56,468 nt of DNA from Catajapyx aquilonaris (taxonomy: Eukaryota). Position 1 is the first letter of the stretch, and each line of letters opens with the position of its first letter. Below are positions 37,801 to 50,230 of this stretch, in pieces. A program made the translations under genes and the position numbers. The stretch is from the NCBI GenBank assembly GCA_000934665.2, contig KZ538654.1, positions 1 through 56,468 on the forward strand, in the 5' to 3' direction. The notes beneath the pieces were generated by a model. That model made no database searches and had not been told where the DNA came from. It saw only the letters and a list, made by a program, of their open reading frames with translations.

Positions 37801-40386
37801 CAGTGAACTGCAGATTTGAGAGGTTGTGAATAGGTATCTTCCCAAAGCACTAATGTTTGACTATTCACATCATAATAGAAATAGAAATAAAGGGAAACCT
37901 ACTTGTGCACTGTAAATATTAGTAGACGTTGCTGCTTCAATTTCACTGTCACAAAACCTGTGATTATTATTTGCACACATTGACATTGTAGTAGTGACAG
38001 GCAGGATTAAACAACTGAATTTGACTTTTGACATGTGAAACTTGACCATACTTTTACCTGTTCCTGCAGAAAACGGGTCGCTGGAATGCCATGCACGTTC
38101 GCATAGCCTGGGAGATATACCACCACCAGCAGAAGCAACAAGCGGAGGCCAAAGCAGGTGGTGGTGGTGCCCCCTCTGGGGGTCTACCGTCATCCTCGTC
38201 TGCCTCTGGAAAGGCCTCCGACCTGCTCAGGCCACCTAATCACCTCTTCTCATCTTTACCTCACCCATCGGAATTCCCATCCTTCTCCTCGTCATTACTG
38301 GGAGGCCACAACGCAGCAGCAGCAGCAGCCGCTGCCGCTGCAGCCGCTGCATCTCACCGCCCTTTCGATCCACCTCCGCCCCATCATGGGAGCTTCTTAA
38401 ACCCACCAGGGTCACACCTGGCACCACCTGGAATGTCACCGTTTGCCAGGTAACCTCGTTACCTGAATATATCACTTTAAATGAGAAGTCTGGACCCATA
38501 CCATTTGGCAATAGCTGAACATTATTCGACTATGTCATTGACAGAATAACAAACAACTTAGTGTCATGTATTATTCCAGGTATCCTACCTTTGGAGCCGC
38601 CCCCGGGTCGACGTTTGGAGCGCTTGGTAGCTCTTTAGGATCATCCATGTTTGGCCCAAGGGATCTTGCTGGGTTGGGTCCCTTGGGACCCCAACCAGCC
38701 CATGACCAGTGGAGCAGGTTGCATCGGACTCCACCAGGATTCCCTGCACCTGGATGGCCGCTCAAGCCAGACACGGCACTGCTGGACAGGGAGCGGAGAG
38801 AGCAAGAGGAAAGAGAGAGGGAGCGTGAAAGGGAGCGAGAGCGGGAGAGGCGGAACAAGGAGGAGAGGGAGAGGGAGTTGAAGAGGAAGGCAGCGGAGAG
38901 CCTGGAGAGGGAACGGGAGAGAGAGAGGAGAAGCAAGGAGATGCGGGAACTGGAGAAGGAGCGAGAGAGGGAAAGAGAGCGGGAGCGTGAACGGGAGAGG
39001 GAAAGGGAGCGAGAGAGGGAGCTGGAGAAGCAGAAGGAGAGGGACCGAGAGCAGCGGGAGAACCGACTCAGTTGCAGGTATGGCTTGATTTCTCAGACGG
39101 CACCAAACGCTTCCTGTTTCTTTGGATACTTATTGTTACATTGTTGCAGGTCCACTCCTGACACCAAAGAGGACGTGAAGCTCCGAGAGAGGTCCCCAGC
39201 CCGAAGCGAGTCATCATCCGCAGGAAGTGCCACAGCCATACCACCACCTCCAGCAGCCCCACCACCTCCTCCTCCTCCTACGTTACCTCAACCTCCGCCT
39301 GCCCCACCACCCCCCACACAGCACCCTGTATACCAAGAAAATGGGGATGCCAAAGAGGACAAACCCTTGATCAACGAGGTCAAGGTGAAGGAGGAGCCAC
39401 GCAAAGAGGAGGAAGTGCAGCTCCTAGTGACCAAAGACATGGCACCCAAGCCGGAGCCAGAGAAGCACCATCACCACCACCACCGGGAACATCAACATCA
39501 CCATCACCATCGGGAGCAGCCGCGTTTGCCACCAGTGACCACATCGAGGCTGGATCCACCGCTCATAAACGAGTACCTCGTTAGAAACTCAGTGCCACCA
39601 CACTCGATGCCTATGAGTCTGTTGGACAGATCGAGGATGATGGGTCCATTTGGGCTGAGTCAAACGCCCAATTTGGATCCAAGGGCACCACCTCCTCCGC
39701 CACTGACCTCGTGGGCAGCTGCGGCTGCTGCCGCAGTGGCAGCCGATCCTTTTAGGGACCCATATCGGTTCGACCTCCCACCTCCAGGGCCACACCCAGG
39801 CCAAGTTGCCCCACCCCCACCCCACCACCGTGACCCACTAGGCCTGGAGCATCGGGACCGGGATGCTATGCTGCGTATGAACCTACACAGCTCCCTGATC
39901 TTCCATGAGCGGTTTAGAACCGAACGTGAACTTGAAATGGGGCGGCATCCACTAGAGATGCTTGAACGGTCCAAGCTGGCAGCTGCTGCTGCGGCCGCCG
40001 CCGCAGCCGCTGCAGGCCTCTACCCACACCCTCACCCATCGATGCACCCCCATCAACATCAACATCCCCACCCGCACACCCACCCGCATCTCTTTCCACC
40101 CCCCCATTCGAACCACAGCCCAAGTCTGGTCAACAGCCTCGGACGCACGAAAGGCAGTCCTCCGCTGTCAAACTCAATCCACGTGTCGACCGCGGGGGGA
40201 ACAGTTCCTCCACTGATCTCCAGTGCCACGAGTGGCCACCAAAACAACCACGGAGCTGGTAGCAGGAGTTCGGGCAGCAGTCCAGCAGCGATCCACCACA
40301 AGATGAGCGCAAGTGCAACCCCGCCTCGAACTTTGGAGAACTCGCACGACATGCTCCACAAAAAGGAGGACTCGCAATCAAGATAG
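25900..40386 (+). CDS. AUTS2: AUTS2/fibrosin-like (FBRSL1, tay bridge-like) protein, 5'-partial, 11 exons: 25900-25942, 27060-27559, 30153-30695, 32248-32567, 34794-35545, 35844-36058, 36281-36442, 37342-37371, 38070-38449, 38580-39077, 39150-40386
   Basis: All exons are flanked by AG/GT with matching phases. The total of 4680 nt is divisible by 3 and ends in TAG. Family motifs recognised against recalled human AUTS2: ASDAGSGLF (ASDASSEKLF), DLLRRELDSRFLASQ...PPPYLRTEMHHHQHQHTHVHQHT (DILRQELNTRFLASQ...PPPYLRTEFHQHQHQHQHT), VDSPFYR...AAFTPK, KTGRWNAMHVRIAWEIYHHQQK ([22 protein letters not shown]), VKVKEE and DPFRDPYR. The gene is probably co-orthologous to AUTS2/FBRS/FBRSL1. Confidence 0.93.
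26097..26131. repeat. (TTC)n microsatellite
   Basis: About 11 TTC units within an intron. Confidence 0.9.
28730..29270. repeat. AT-rich low-complexity island in an intron
   Basis: Degenerate AAATAAATATAAAAT-like units, strongly AT-rich relative to the flanks. Confidence 0.75.
32575..32960. repeat. Degenerate minisatellite (CTGGCTCAAAA-type units) immediately after exon 4
   Basis: Many (C/G)CTG(G/A)CTCAAAA units, and the longer duplicate CTGGCTCAAAAATCACTCCCCAATAAATGTC at ~32745 and 32821. Confidence 0.75.
38791..39060 (+). repeat. Coding (RE)n charged low-complexity repeat within the AUTS2-like protein
   Basis: Purine-rich GAGCGG/GAGAGG repeats translate as ERERERERE... Confidence 0.9.
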
Positions 40387-41870
40387 GATCTCAGTTCACA
40401 GTGACAGATCTCGTTACACACACTTTGTGATACTACCCCCACCCCGCAAGAAATGAAACATAACAGAACACCAATCAAACAGGGAGAGGACCCCAAAGTT
40501 TTTTTTTTTCTCGCCATAAATTAAACAAGAAGTTTCTATTTATTATATTCCGGAGCAGTGTGGACAAGTGTTAATAGTACAATTCCCGGACATGGACCGG
40601 CAATATCTATTTTCTGGGTCTCTTTTTTCTGGGGGTGTGGGGGTTTGTGCAAATGAGGGGCAGGGAGGGGGGGACGGGGGTTTTTAAAGTGTGGTCCGCA
40701 TATCAGTGCCGTTTGCTGTAACAGAATGAGTGTGAGAATGCGAACGAACGTAACACTGATCCGAGAGTGGAAGAAAAAGTCTTGCTTAAATTATATTTTT
40801 TACTCGCCCCTTGGAGTGACCCCAAAAAGTGGAAAAAGTGAACTCATTTTTTTTTTTTTTTTGGTCAAGTGAACAAAAATTTGAAGGGGTGTCGAGTGAA
40901 AGAGGCTGTGTTCCCAAGCAAGATTCTTTTTCCTTTTCTTTATTATTATTAATGTGATCCAAGTCTGCTTCTCAGTGTATGGGACACATTTTTAAAAAAT
41001 GCCCTCCTCTGGAAGTGGAGTCCACGAAAGTTCCAAAATTTGAGAGAGAAAAACTGGGAAGATAATTGGGGGGGTTGGGTGAGGGAGGGGAGGGAGGGCG
41101 ACGGGTTTTATCGATTTCTATAGCACATTGTCTATTAATCCTGGATGTGGAAAAAAGTTTCTTGTACTTTTTTCTTATTTAAAAAAATGGCGAACGGATG
41201 TGAGTGATGGATGCTGGAAGATGCAAGATGAAAAAAAACAACAACAAACAAACGGAGTAAGTGGAAAAAAAAACAAAAATGGCGTGAAAAAAAGCAACCC
41301 CCCACCCCTTTGTAGATAAATTTTTGCTGTTGTAAGTTTTATAGAGCAGCTGCAGTACGTGGTGGCTACCCCGAAGTGAGAACTTGACAAATTTTAATGT
41401 GATCTTTTTCTGAAGGAAAAATGACTGTATAGTGTTTCTATAAAGGTAGAAACAAACCATCTTCAGAGATACAAAAAAAAAAAAGAGTTGACATCATTTA
41501 TTTTAGAATGAAAAACAACCCTCATACCCAAGGGTGGTTCACTCTGGCATTGTTCCTGATGGCGGTACAACAAATGAAAATATGTAATATTTCTTGCTGT
41601 TGGAATTTTATATGCTGAATCTAGTCCATATCGTATGCACATTGATCACAATAATTATTATGATCACAAGGCCAGTTTGAACTTCTCTTTTGCCATGTAC
41701 ATTTCTCGGGTACTGTTGCTGACACATCGTATCATGTTGGATTAAGGTTTGCTCTGATATGTGGTTGGACTAATCATGTTGTTCGGAGTAACAAGTCACA
41801 ATCTTTAATATGTTGCGGTTAAAGAAATCGCACCAGCCTCATGCCAACCCAAAGTGTGGTATGTCCCTAG

Positions 41871-43852
41871 ATGGCAGGTAGGAGGAGCGGCCCATCCCTG
41901 CAATTTAAGGTACGTATAATTGTTGCCCTGTCATGTTGAGCTGCAGCGTATTGTATGCCATATGTTAAATCTGGTAAGTATATTAAAATTATTAGCAATC
42001 TGAGTTACTATTGAATTGTTTATATGAGCGTTTGAAGAGTGCCAGGTCCACCATACTATTTTCTGGCATTGTTTATGATTTCCAGATTCTCCCCAATGAA
42101 ATTGAGAGGGTCATTTCCCATGCCATTGACAAACAAGTACTTGACATTCAAAAAATATATCAATAAAGAAGCATGGTTCCCCTCATTGTTACGGGATCTC
42201 GAATACCTAGGAAACTGCTGGCAACATCGTGGAAGGTTGTGTTGTAAACAAACTCTCCAGAGAACAGTTGGAAGAAATGACTTCCGAGATGTCGAAGAGG
42301 CCCAAGAAGCTTGCCCCTTACTCCCACCTCCATCCGGACATTGGACTTGGCGTGCCCAGGACGGTGGTGCTGGACCCTGTCCTGGCTCCGTGGAACAGGC
42401 AGGGACCACCCACCACTGAGGAGCTGAAGCTCAGGGACACCAGCAGGCCTCGCATGATGGCCCTTGTCGCAGGGTCGCCTTCTGAAGACCACAGGAGGAA
42501 CACCGAGTCGCCTCACCCACCACCAAAAGCACTCGATGGTGAACAGAAGGAGGACAACAAAGAGGACAAGGAGCCCCTGCCTAAAACACCACCGAATTCT
42601 CCTGCATTCCCTGCTAACCAATCCGTCGGGTCTGACCACAGCTTGGTATCCAACATCAGAGCTACTATCAAAATAGGTATGAGGCAATTGGAATTTTTGT
42701 CCCACTACTATGAGCAACTGGCACTGGAAGTAACAATAATTTATTAAACATCTGTGACACGACTATTCTCTGTACAGGTTTACTCTGAAGTCAGGATTCA
42801 TAGGTAATTGGATTGTATTGAGTATTGTTGTTGGCTTCCAGTTGTGCCAACTAGCAGATTGTTGTCGGTCAGTAAAGTCTGGGTTGGCATAGTTGACACT
42901 AGGAGTTGGCACAACTGGCACCCAATCCAATCTAATTACATATGTATCCTGACTTTAGAGTCACCCTGTAGCCTATAGACTATAGGCTATAGAGTAATGA
43001 ACAGTATCTGAGGCCTGAATTCACATCTAAATGTCTGTTCATCAACCTCACATTGAAGATAGGGCAGAAAGCAATGGTTCTTATGATGATGATAATTGTT
43101 TCTTCTTCAAGTTTCTGAGAAGATCACACTACCGAAGTGGGTCCAAGAGGAAGGAGGATCCGATTCGGAGCAAGGGATGGAGGTAACCCTGGTGTACGTC
43201 CACTTCGGAGCCCGGACCAACAATGGAGACGGAAGTGGAGACGAGCTCCCTGGGTTCAAGGTGTACACTCCGGCCAGCAGGAGGATGAAGGAGGTGCTGG
43301 ACAAGCAGAAGAGTCTCCTGAAGAAGACCAAGAACGACCAGGGAGGGGTCAGTGTAAACTTGTGTTTTAAAAAACCAGTGGGTCGTACTTATACTTTAAC
43401 CTTGTCTCAGCCAGCAGGTTGTGGTATCCTCGGATCAGGAGCAGCTCCAGAGCAGTGCCGGAGGAACCATCAGGGACAAGATGGCCAAAGAGGAGGAGGT
43501 ATATTATAGGTCGCTTGATGCCCATTTACAGGACACTGTGGGCGTGGCCTGGTACTATTGTTTCACGTGTCAGTGCGGTGTACTTTATACTATTAAACTT
43601 TATGGCAAGTACGTCCTGCGTTTCACTCGGATCAGCTCGCTCCCAGGATCAGAAGAGGTGCATTTTACCACTGGTTGTCATTATGAGAGAGGTTATGGTT
43701 CCATAGGCGCAGAACAGGTTCGACAACAATTTATTTCTATTATTTATTTATTTAGGGGGTACATTTTGGTTAAATGTAAGATCAACAACAGCAACCAAAA
43801 AATGACTGGTGCATGGGCACTTTTATTACTTTCGCCAATTGAGAGAGTCTGA
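41871..43852 (+). CDS. Candidate uncharacterised spliced gene (~408 aa): exons 41871-41909, 42086-42136, 42211-42676, 43112-43347, 43418-43852
   Basis: Three long coding-like ORF segments join in frame through GT-AG sites (phases 0,0,1,0) for a total of 1227 nt. No family was recognised. The first two exons and the 3' end are less certain (weak GTACTT donor). Confidence 0.55.
42775..42968. mobile_element. Tc1/mariner-type MITE (194 bp) in an intron of the candidate orphan gene
   Basis: TA flanks both ends. Imperfect TIR of about 49 bp: CAGGTTTACTCTGAAGTCAGGATTCATAGGTAATTGGATTG versus the reverse complement of the right end, CAGGGTGACTCTAAAGTCAGGATACATATGTAATTAGATTG. An inner IR CCAGTTGTGCCAACT/AGTTGGCACAACTGG is also present. 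Confidence 0.8.
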
Positions 43853-43938
43853 ATATCACGTAACATGAATTTGCAAGATTGTTCAGTTCATGCGATGCTG
43901 ATAATATATGGGGCATGCACATGAGCAACGATGTATAA

Positions 43939-46084
43939 TCACCAGGATGCAGAAGAGTCACTTTCCAGCTCGGCTACAGTCTCTGGAAGCCTCCTTCCTC
44001 TCGTCTCCGGCAAGAAAGAGCAGGCCAAGGCAGTCAGCGCAGCTGTCCCTCCAAACACAGCAGTCGGAATGGCGTAATGGAAGCCATACTGAGCCAAGAT
44101 CCCAAAAGGTTAGGTCATCAGGTCGATACAAAAGAGTTAAAGTCTGATGAACTCACCAGGTAGTTGGTCAGGTAAGGAGACACGATTCCTCCGAGTCGCG
44201 CAAAGACAGAACCGGTGGTGAGAGACGCGTTTCGGACCTCGGTTGGGAACAGCTCGGCTGTGTACAAGTACACCAGGGTGAAAGGCAGGGACAAGAAAGT
44301 GCTGGTCATCAGGGACAGAGTCACCGACAGCCACTCCCACTCTGAAAAATAATCAGTGAAGTTAATGAGGTAACAGGGGGTCAATTATTATTATATTAGA
44401 CAAACCGGTGGGTACGGCGAGTATGAGGAGACCCGCGAGTCCAGCAGACACGAAGCAGACCATGAGGGACTTCTTCCTTCCGATCATGTCCGGGACGGGC
44501 CAGATGACCAAGGCGGCTTTGCAGAGGCAGATGACGATCCCGTTGATGATGTGCGTCATGTACAGGTTGAATGGCAGCTTTGCGAAGTGGAAGATGATCC
44601 CGTAGGAAGTCAGGGAGATGATGAACCAGCAGAAGAAGATGACCACGCTCCTTCGACGCATCTCCTTGGTCAGGACGAACACGGTCACGATCCTGGACAG
44701 TCTGGACAACAATGACCTGGTGCTGGTGGCGGCGATGACCTCCTCATCCTTGGTGGCTTCCATCATCTTCTTCATCAGATCCTGGTCCGGAGGAGGCGAC
44801 CCGTTCCACCTGGCTGCCTTCAGAAGGATCTCCTGTGCTTCTGCTCGACGACCTTTGACCAGAAGCCATCTTGGGGACTCGGGAAGAAACCTCGAGGACA
44901 CATACATTGGGCGGGAAACCAGTGTTACGACAAATTATGCACTTGAGCCAAGCGCACACTGATTTTGTGAGTTGAGTGGTCACCAGTATAGGAGGCCGCA
45001 GGAGAGGCTGGGCAGGGAGTAGGCCATTTGCAGGGCGCGCCAGTCCCTGACCAGGTAGGCCACTATGCCAACTGACCACTGACCCACAGCGAACAAGATG
45101 TCGAAGGCAAAGGTCACCGAGGTCCGCTTCTCGGGTGGACACAGCTCGGCCACTGCAAAACAAGTTCAATGGACAATAGCTTAACAGTGCGAGGTATATA
45201 AGAAAGGAGGCTGCTACTTGCCTAGAGTGTAGCAGCAGACGTAGATGCTGTAAGCGGTCCATCCCAGGAAGAACCTGAGGGCACCCATGGCCGCATAACC
45301 AACGGAGAACGTGACGCTTGCGATGGCCAGTGTGATCATGGACATCGTGGCCACCAGCGCGCACCTGCGTCTGCCGTACCTGAAAAATGCTTCAAACATT
45401 GCCGACACATGTCAAATCATCGGAAGAACTGGAAGTGTGAAGGTGAATCGTACGTGTCAGCTAGTGGTCCGGCGAACAGCGACCCGCAGAGCACTCCAAG
45501 AGGATACACGCTGTGAAGTGTGGACACGATGTGCAACCGGCTGCAGTACAATTCCCACTGAAAAAATTAGGACAAAACAGGTCACCACCAGTACCGCACG
45601 ACTTTTCGATGTAGGACATGGCCCACCTCGGTGACAATCGTCGTGTGGAAAGTGCTGCTGTCGTAATCCCAACTGGGACAGTCCATCAGGGGCGCTTCAT
45701 CATCCGTACCGACGCCTCTTCGGCTCGGATCCATGGCCGCCAGTGCAGTGTAGTTACGTTGGTACATCTGACACTGGTCGTACATCCGAACCCCCAACTC
45801 CATCCGACTGTACAGTTCAAGTGGCATATCAACACTGGCCAGTTAAACTTTTGTAGGGTATTATACCTGGGAATGGCCACCGTCTTGATCTGCTCTGTGG
45901 TCCATCCAGCATCCTCCAGCTCCTGTACGTGGCACCAGTGGTCCGGTATCCCCGCGACGAAGATGAGCCCGATCTTGTGCCATACGAAGAAAAGCCCTGG
46001 AATCGAAGCCAGGGCCACCACACCCCAGTGCCAGCGACCAAAATTGCCGGCCAAGCCCAGCGCTTCCTCAATCTTCACACCCAT
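43939..46084 (-). CDS. SLC22 family (Orct-like organic cation/anion transporter, MFS), copy A, 549 aa; exons 46084-45867, 45807-45627, 45557-45454, 45379-45222, 45152-44984, 44890-44406, 44341-44157, 44088-43939
   Basis: SLC22 motifs: G.FGRW N-terminus, PDHWC, Cys-containing extracellular loop ending TIVTEWEL.C, YGRR, LPESPRWL, IGRK, ELFPT.VRN and LPET.GR.LPETV. Exons total 1650 nt in frame, with one GC-AG intron. Confidence 0.92.
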
Positions 46085-47169
46085 CTCTCTGTACAGGATT
46101 GTTACAGCAGAAAGTAAATGGGAGGGATGCATACCAAAATCACTTACAACTAAGGTTCAGTTACCGGTAACGCTCGGAATGAATTATTTCGCCAGTGCAT
46201 TCTTCCGATCAATTTTTGCATATGCATTTGGCAATCTGTGATGCAATCAGCTTCATCAGCAAATGCCAATTATTGAATGAAGATCATTCTTATAATAATT
46301 AGACACGATGATCATTTCAGTGGCAGATAACTAGTTCTTTGTTGTGCAAAACTGCTGAGATTACACAATCAAGGGCAGGTCGACTTGATTCCCAGCCTGA
46401 AAGGTGAGACGCGTCTGGAGGAAAAGCAAGGCCAAGAAGCAATGTTGCCCCACTTGCGTGTGCTGTCATCAGTTTTGTCAGCAGTAGAGTGTCGCATACC
46501 ACCATTGCCGGGAAGTAATCTACATTGTCCGACATACCGCCTCATTTTGTGAACATACCTTCATGCTGCATTTTTACTGCTTTGTTGTGCTTCATGACCC
46601 ACAATGCAACTTCTTTGTACTGCCACAACATGCTCTGATGTTCATGTTTCATGCCAGTTTTGCATACGTGCGTGTTTATTTCGTTCATAAACACCAGTTT
46701 TGCTCAAATTCTCTTACCTATTTTCCTGAGTCGCCAAAATGAGACCTGCTGTTCATCTTTTCCCACAAAATCCCCTGTAGTAGCAACTGACCTGGGAAGA
46801 GAACCTTGCTCCTCCTGGATGTATGTCCAGTGGCAGCAGAGGCCAGCCTCGAAATGACATGTGCAGGATACGCGAATGGGAACCGCGAAGCTGATGTTGT
46901 GTAACAGGAGGGCTGGCTGAGAGACATATTTCGTTGCCTGACTCTTATCGCCTTTGTGCTTCCTGGACTTTGTTATTCGTAAAATTTGAGGCCTGATTGT
47001 CACGGTTCCTGAATTATGCTTGGAATGGGACATAACACAGTGCAATGCCCGCCAGAGCACATCGGCCATAATTTTCATAGTGTAGTGTAGTGACAGTGTC
47101 CAAATCAAATCCTTTATTTCGCAAACATGCCCGAGAAAAAATGCCAACGGATTCTTATCTCCTGTAAAG

Positions 47170-47615
47170 CTGCAACTCTCCGTATGATGCAAATGAAATG
47201 ACGAACCAGAAGAAGAACATTGAGATATACTTCTCCGGCGCATTTCTTTGGTTCGGACAAACACAGTGACCAACCATCCTGATCAAGAGTGGGTACAGTA
47301 CGTAATAGCTTGTGAATCAGACTCAGCACGTGCACTGATTCATCCGCGCATCTGCTTGCAAAATTTAGCCTCACTTGATCGACAGGTGTCGATCTTGACC
47401 TTAACTTTTCCCTGTCTCAGAAGAATAGTGCTTATGTAAATCAGATGCAGCTGGTTCTCCTGCCATACCTAAAACATGTGCAATATTGCTTCTCTGTGCA
47501 AAGAAATATTATTGTCGGATAAGGGCCCCACAAAAAGTAGGCCAACCAGTACTCCAAAGGGATAGAGGCTGTGAACAGTGGACAATATGTACAAGCGACT
47601 GCAAAACAACTCCCA
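47170..47615 (-). pseudogene. Decayed third SLC22 copy (exon 3, start of exon 4, fragment of exon 6)
   Basis: WELFCSRLYILSTVHSLYPFGVLVGLLFVGPLSD (47615-47512) has lost its GT donor. YGRRTSCI* is truncated. VTVFVRTKEMRRRSI then frameshifts. Confidence 0.8.
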
Positions 47616-48007
47616 CTGGAAGAAAAAAAAACAACCAGCACATAGCTATTGGTGGCATCAAAACTGGATACAAACACGCAGGTTACTTTTGCACTGTACT
47701 GTACACATTTCCTCGTAGTGCAACAACATTTAGCCAAATAATCATGTCTAATCTCCCACTTCACTTTGACAGTTACTGTATCATTTAGGCAGGATTCTTA
47801 GATAACTAACCTCAGTGGCGTTATTCGCGTTAGTAGAATGAAACATGCTATTATCATAGTCCCAATGTTGGCAATCTATTTCTGCCGCATCTTCGAGCGT
47901 ACTCATCTGTCATTAGTGCAGTGTAATATTGCGCTTGTACACCTGGCATTGGCTGTATATCCGTGTGCTCAACTCGACACGACTGTTAAGTAAATCACCT
48001 TGTCTTT

Positions 48008-48013
48008 TTTATT
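48008..48013 (-). promoter_or_regulatory. Putative polyadenylation signal of SLC22 copy B
   Basis: AATAAA on the minus strand about 70 nt after the stop codon. Confidence 0.55.
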
Positions 48014-48083
48014 GCACACATGTTACGAAACCTATGATAAAATAGTTACACAGTATCTTTACAAAAAAAAATGCGTCTGCCTG

Positions 48084-50230
48084 TTAGTCTAGTTGATTCA
48101 TGCTTATTGCACCACTTGTTTCTTCAAGTTCTGCCACTGTTTCAGGAAGCCTTCTTCCCATCGTCTCAGGCAAGAAGGAGCACACCACTGCAGCCAAGGC
48201 AGCCATGCCTCCAAACACAGCCGTTGGAATCGCGTAATGGAACGCATACTGTCGATGAGAGGTTTACAGTGAGGCACTTTCTGAACAAGCATTGAACTAC
48301 ACCACTCACCAAGTAGTTGGCAACATAAGGAGCTGATATCCCACCAATACGGGCAAACACAGATCCCATTGTGATCGACGCATTCCGGACCTCGGTTGGA
48401 AACAACTCTGCAGTGTAGAGGTAGACCAGGGTGAAGGTGAGTGACACAAATCCACTGGTAGCCAGCGACAAAGTCACAGACAACCACTCCAAATCTGCAA
48501 AAATTACGACTCAACAGTGCAACGTTACAATAGGACACAAGGCTGACCTCACCATTGGGCACAGCAAGAATGGACAGGCCTGCAGCTCCAGCCAGCAAGA
48601 AGCTTCCCATGAAGAACTTCTTCCGGCCAATCTTGTCTGGAAGGGGCCAGAGGACAACAGTCAGCCTGCCCAAGCAGACCAGCATTCCATTGATCCCGTG
48701 CATCAGGTAGAGATCAAAAGGCATCTTTGCAAAGTGGAAGAGCAGACCATAGGACGCAAAGGCAATGACGAACCAGCAGAAGAACATCGGGATGCTCCTC
48801 TTGCGCATCTCCTTCGTGAGGATGAACACTGTGACCACATTGGCCACCTTCACGAAGAGCGACTCCTTCAAAGGAACGTGGGTGGCAGCCTCGTCTTCTT
48901 CCTGGGTTGCGTCCAGCAGTTTCTTCGTCGTGTCCTGATCCGGAAGGACAACCTTGTTCCACTTGGCCGCCCTCAGGAGGATCTTCTCTGCCTCAGCTCG
49001 CCGACCCTTGACCAATAGCCATCTTGGAGATTCAGGGAGGATCCTCAATGTTTAAGAAAGATGGTCCTTACCCTTTGCAAAAGTTGTGACAATGTGTTGC
49101 TTCTCACCAGTAGCAAATCACACACAATAGGCTGGGCAAGGAGTAGGCCAGCATCAGGTCGTGCCAGTTCCTGAACAGGTAAGCTGTGAGGCTCAGTCCC
49201 CATCTTGCAGTCGATGAGATGAGGTCAAAGACAAAGGTGGCAGTCAGCCTCTTGTTTACTGGGCACAGTTCAGCCACTGTCAATAATAAGAGCAGCCAAA
49301 AGCGTAAGATTTGAGACTGTAAAACATGTGTACAAACAACCTACCTAGAGAATAGCATGATGCATACATGCCAAATGTGGCCCATCCAAGGATGAACCTC
49401 ATGATACCAAGAGAGATGTACTCGTTGCAAAATATGCTCCCAACAGCTGAGACAATCATGAAGCAAATTGATACCAATGTGCACTTCCGTCTTCCAAACC
49501 TGAAAAGACCACAAATGAATACTCCACAATGGTAGATACAACCATAATTAAATTACCTATCTGAGAGCGGACCTATGGCAACAGATCCTATAAGGACTCC
49601 AAAGGGCAACAAGCTGTGCAAAGTTGACAAAATGTGGAGCCTGCCGCAAAGTAATTCCCACTGAAATGTAATCAAAATTGAAGATTGTTTTGTACAATGT
49701 ATACTTACAAATAACGACAACTGGAAAATCATACAGCCATGCAATCATCGCCGTTGTAAAAAAAAAAACTTCTTACATCAGTAGCGACGGTGGACTGAAA
49801 GGTGCTCTTGTCAAAGTCCCAATGTTGGCATTCAATGACTGGTGCGTCATGCAGATTTCCAACGTCGATTGTGGCTGGATTCATGTCTGCAATGGCTGTG
49901 TAATTGAGCTTGTACATTTCACACTGGCTGTAGATGGTGGCTCCCAACTCAGTGTGGCTGAAACAAATCGGGTCAATCCAACACAGCTTTTCGCCGAATT
50001 AATAGCGAGTACCTCGGAATGGCCACCTTCCTGATCTGATCCGCGGTCCATCCTGCATGTTGAAGCTCTTCCACTTGGCACCAGTGGTCAGGTACGCCTC
50101 CGACAAACACAAACCCATAGTGATGCCAGATGAAGAAGAAGCCTGGGAGGGCAGCCAGTGACACGACCCCCCAATGCCACCATCCAAAAGGACCGGCTAT
50201 TTCAAGCGCTGCTTCTATTCGCACACCCAT
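48084..50230 (-). CDS. SLC22 family transporter, copy B, 555 aa; exons 50230-50013, 49957-49777, 49660-49557, 49499-49345, 49276-49108, 49043-48553, 48494-48310, 48248-48084
   Basis: Same motifs and intron positions as copy A (PDHWC, FGRR, LPESPRWL, ELFPTEVRN, LPETMGRRLPETV). Exons total 1668 nt in frame. Confidence 0.92.

Noticed and set aside
46317..46930. Coding-looking minus-strand ORF fragments between the SLC22 copies
   Set aside because: No SLC22 or other motif is recognised and the frames are interrupted, so I cannot support a call.
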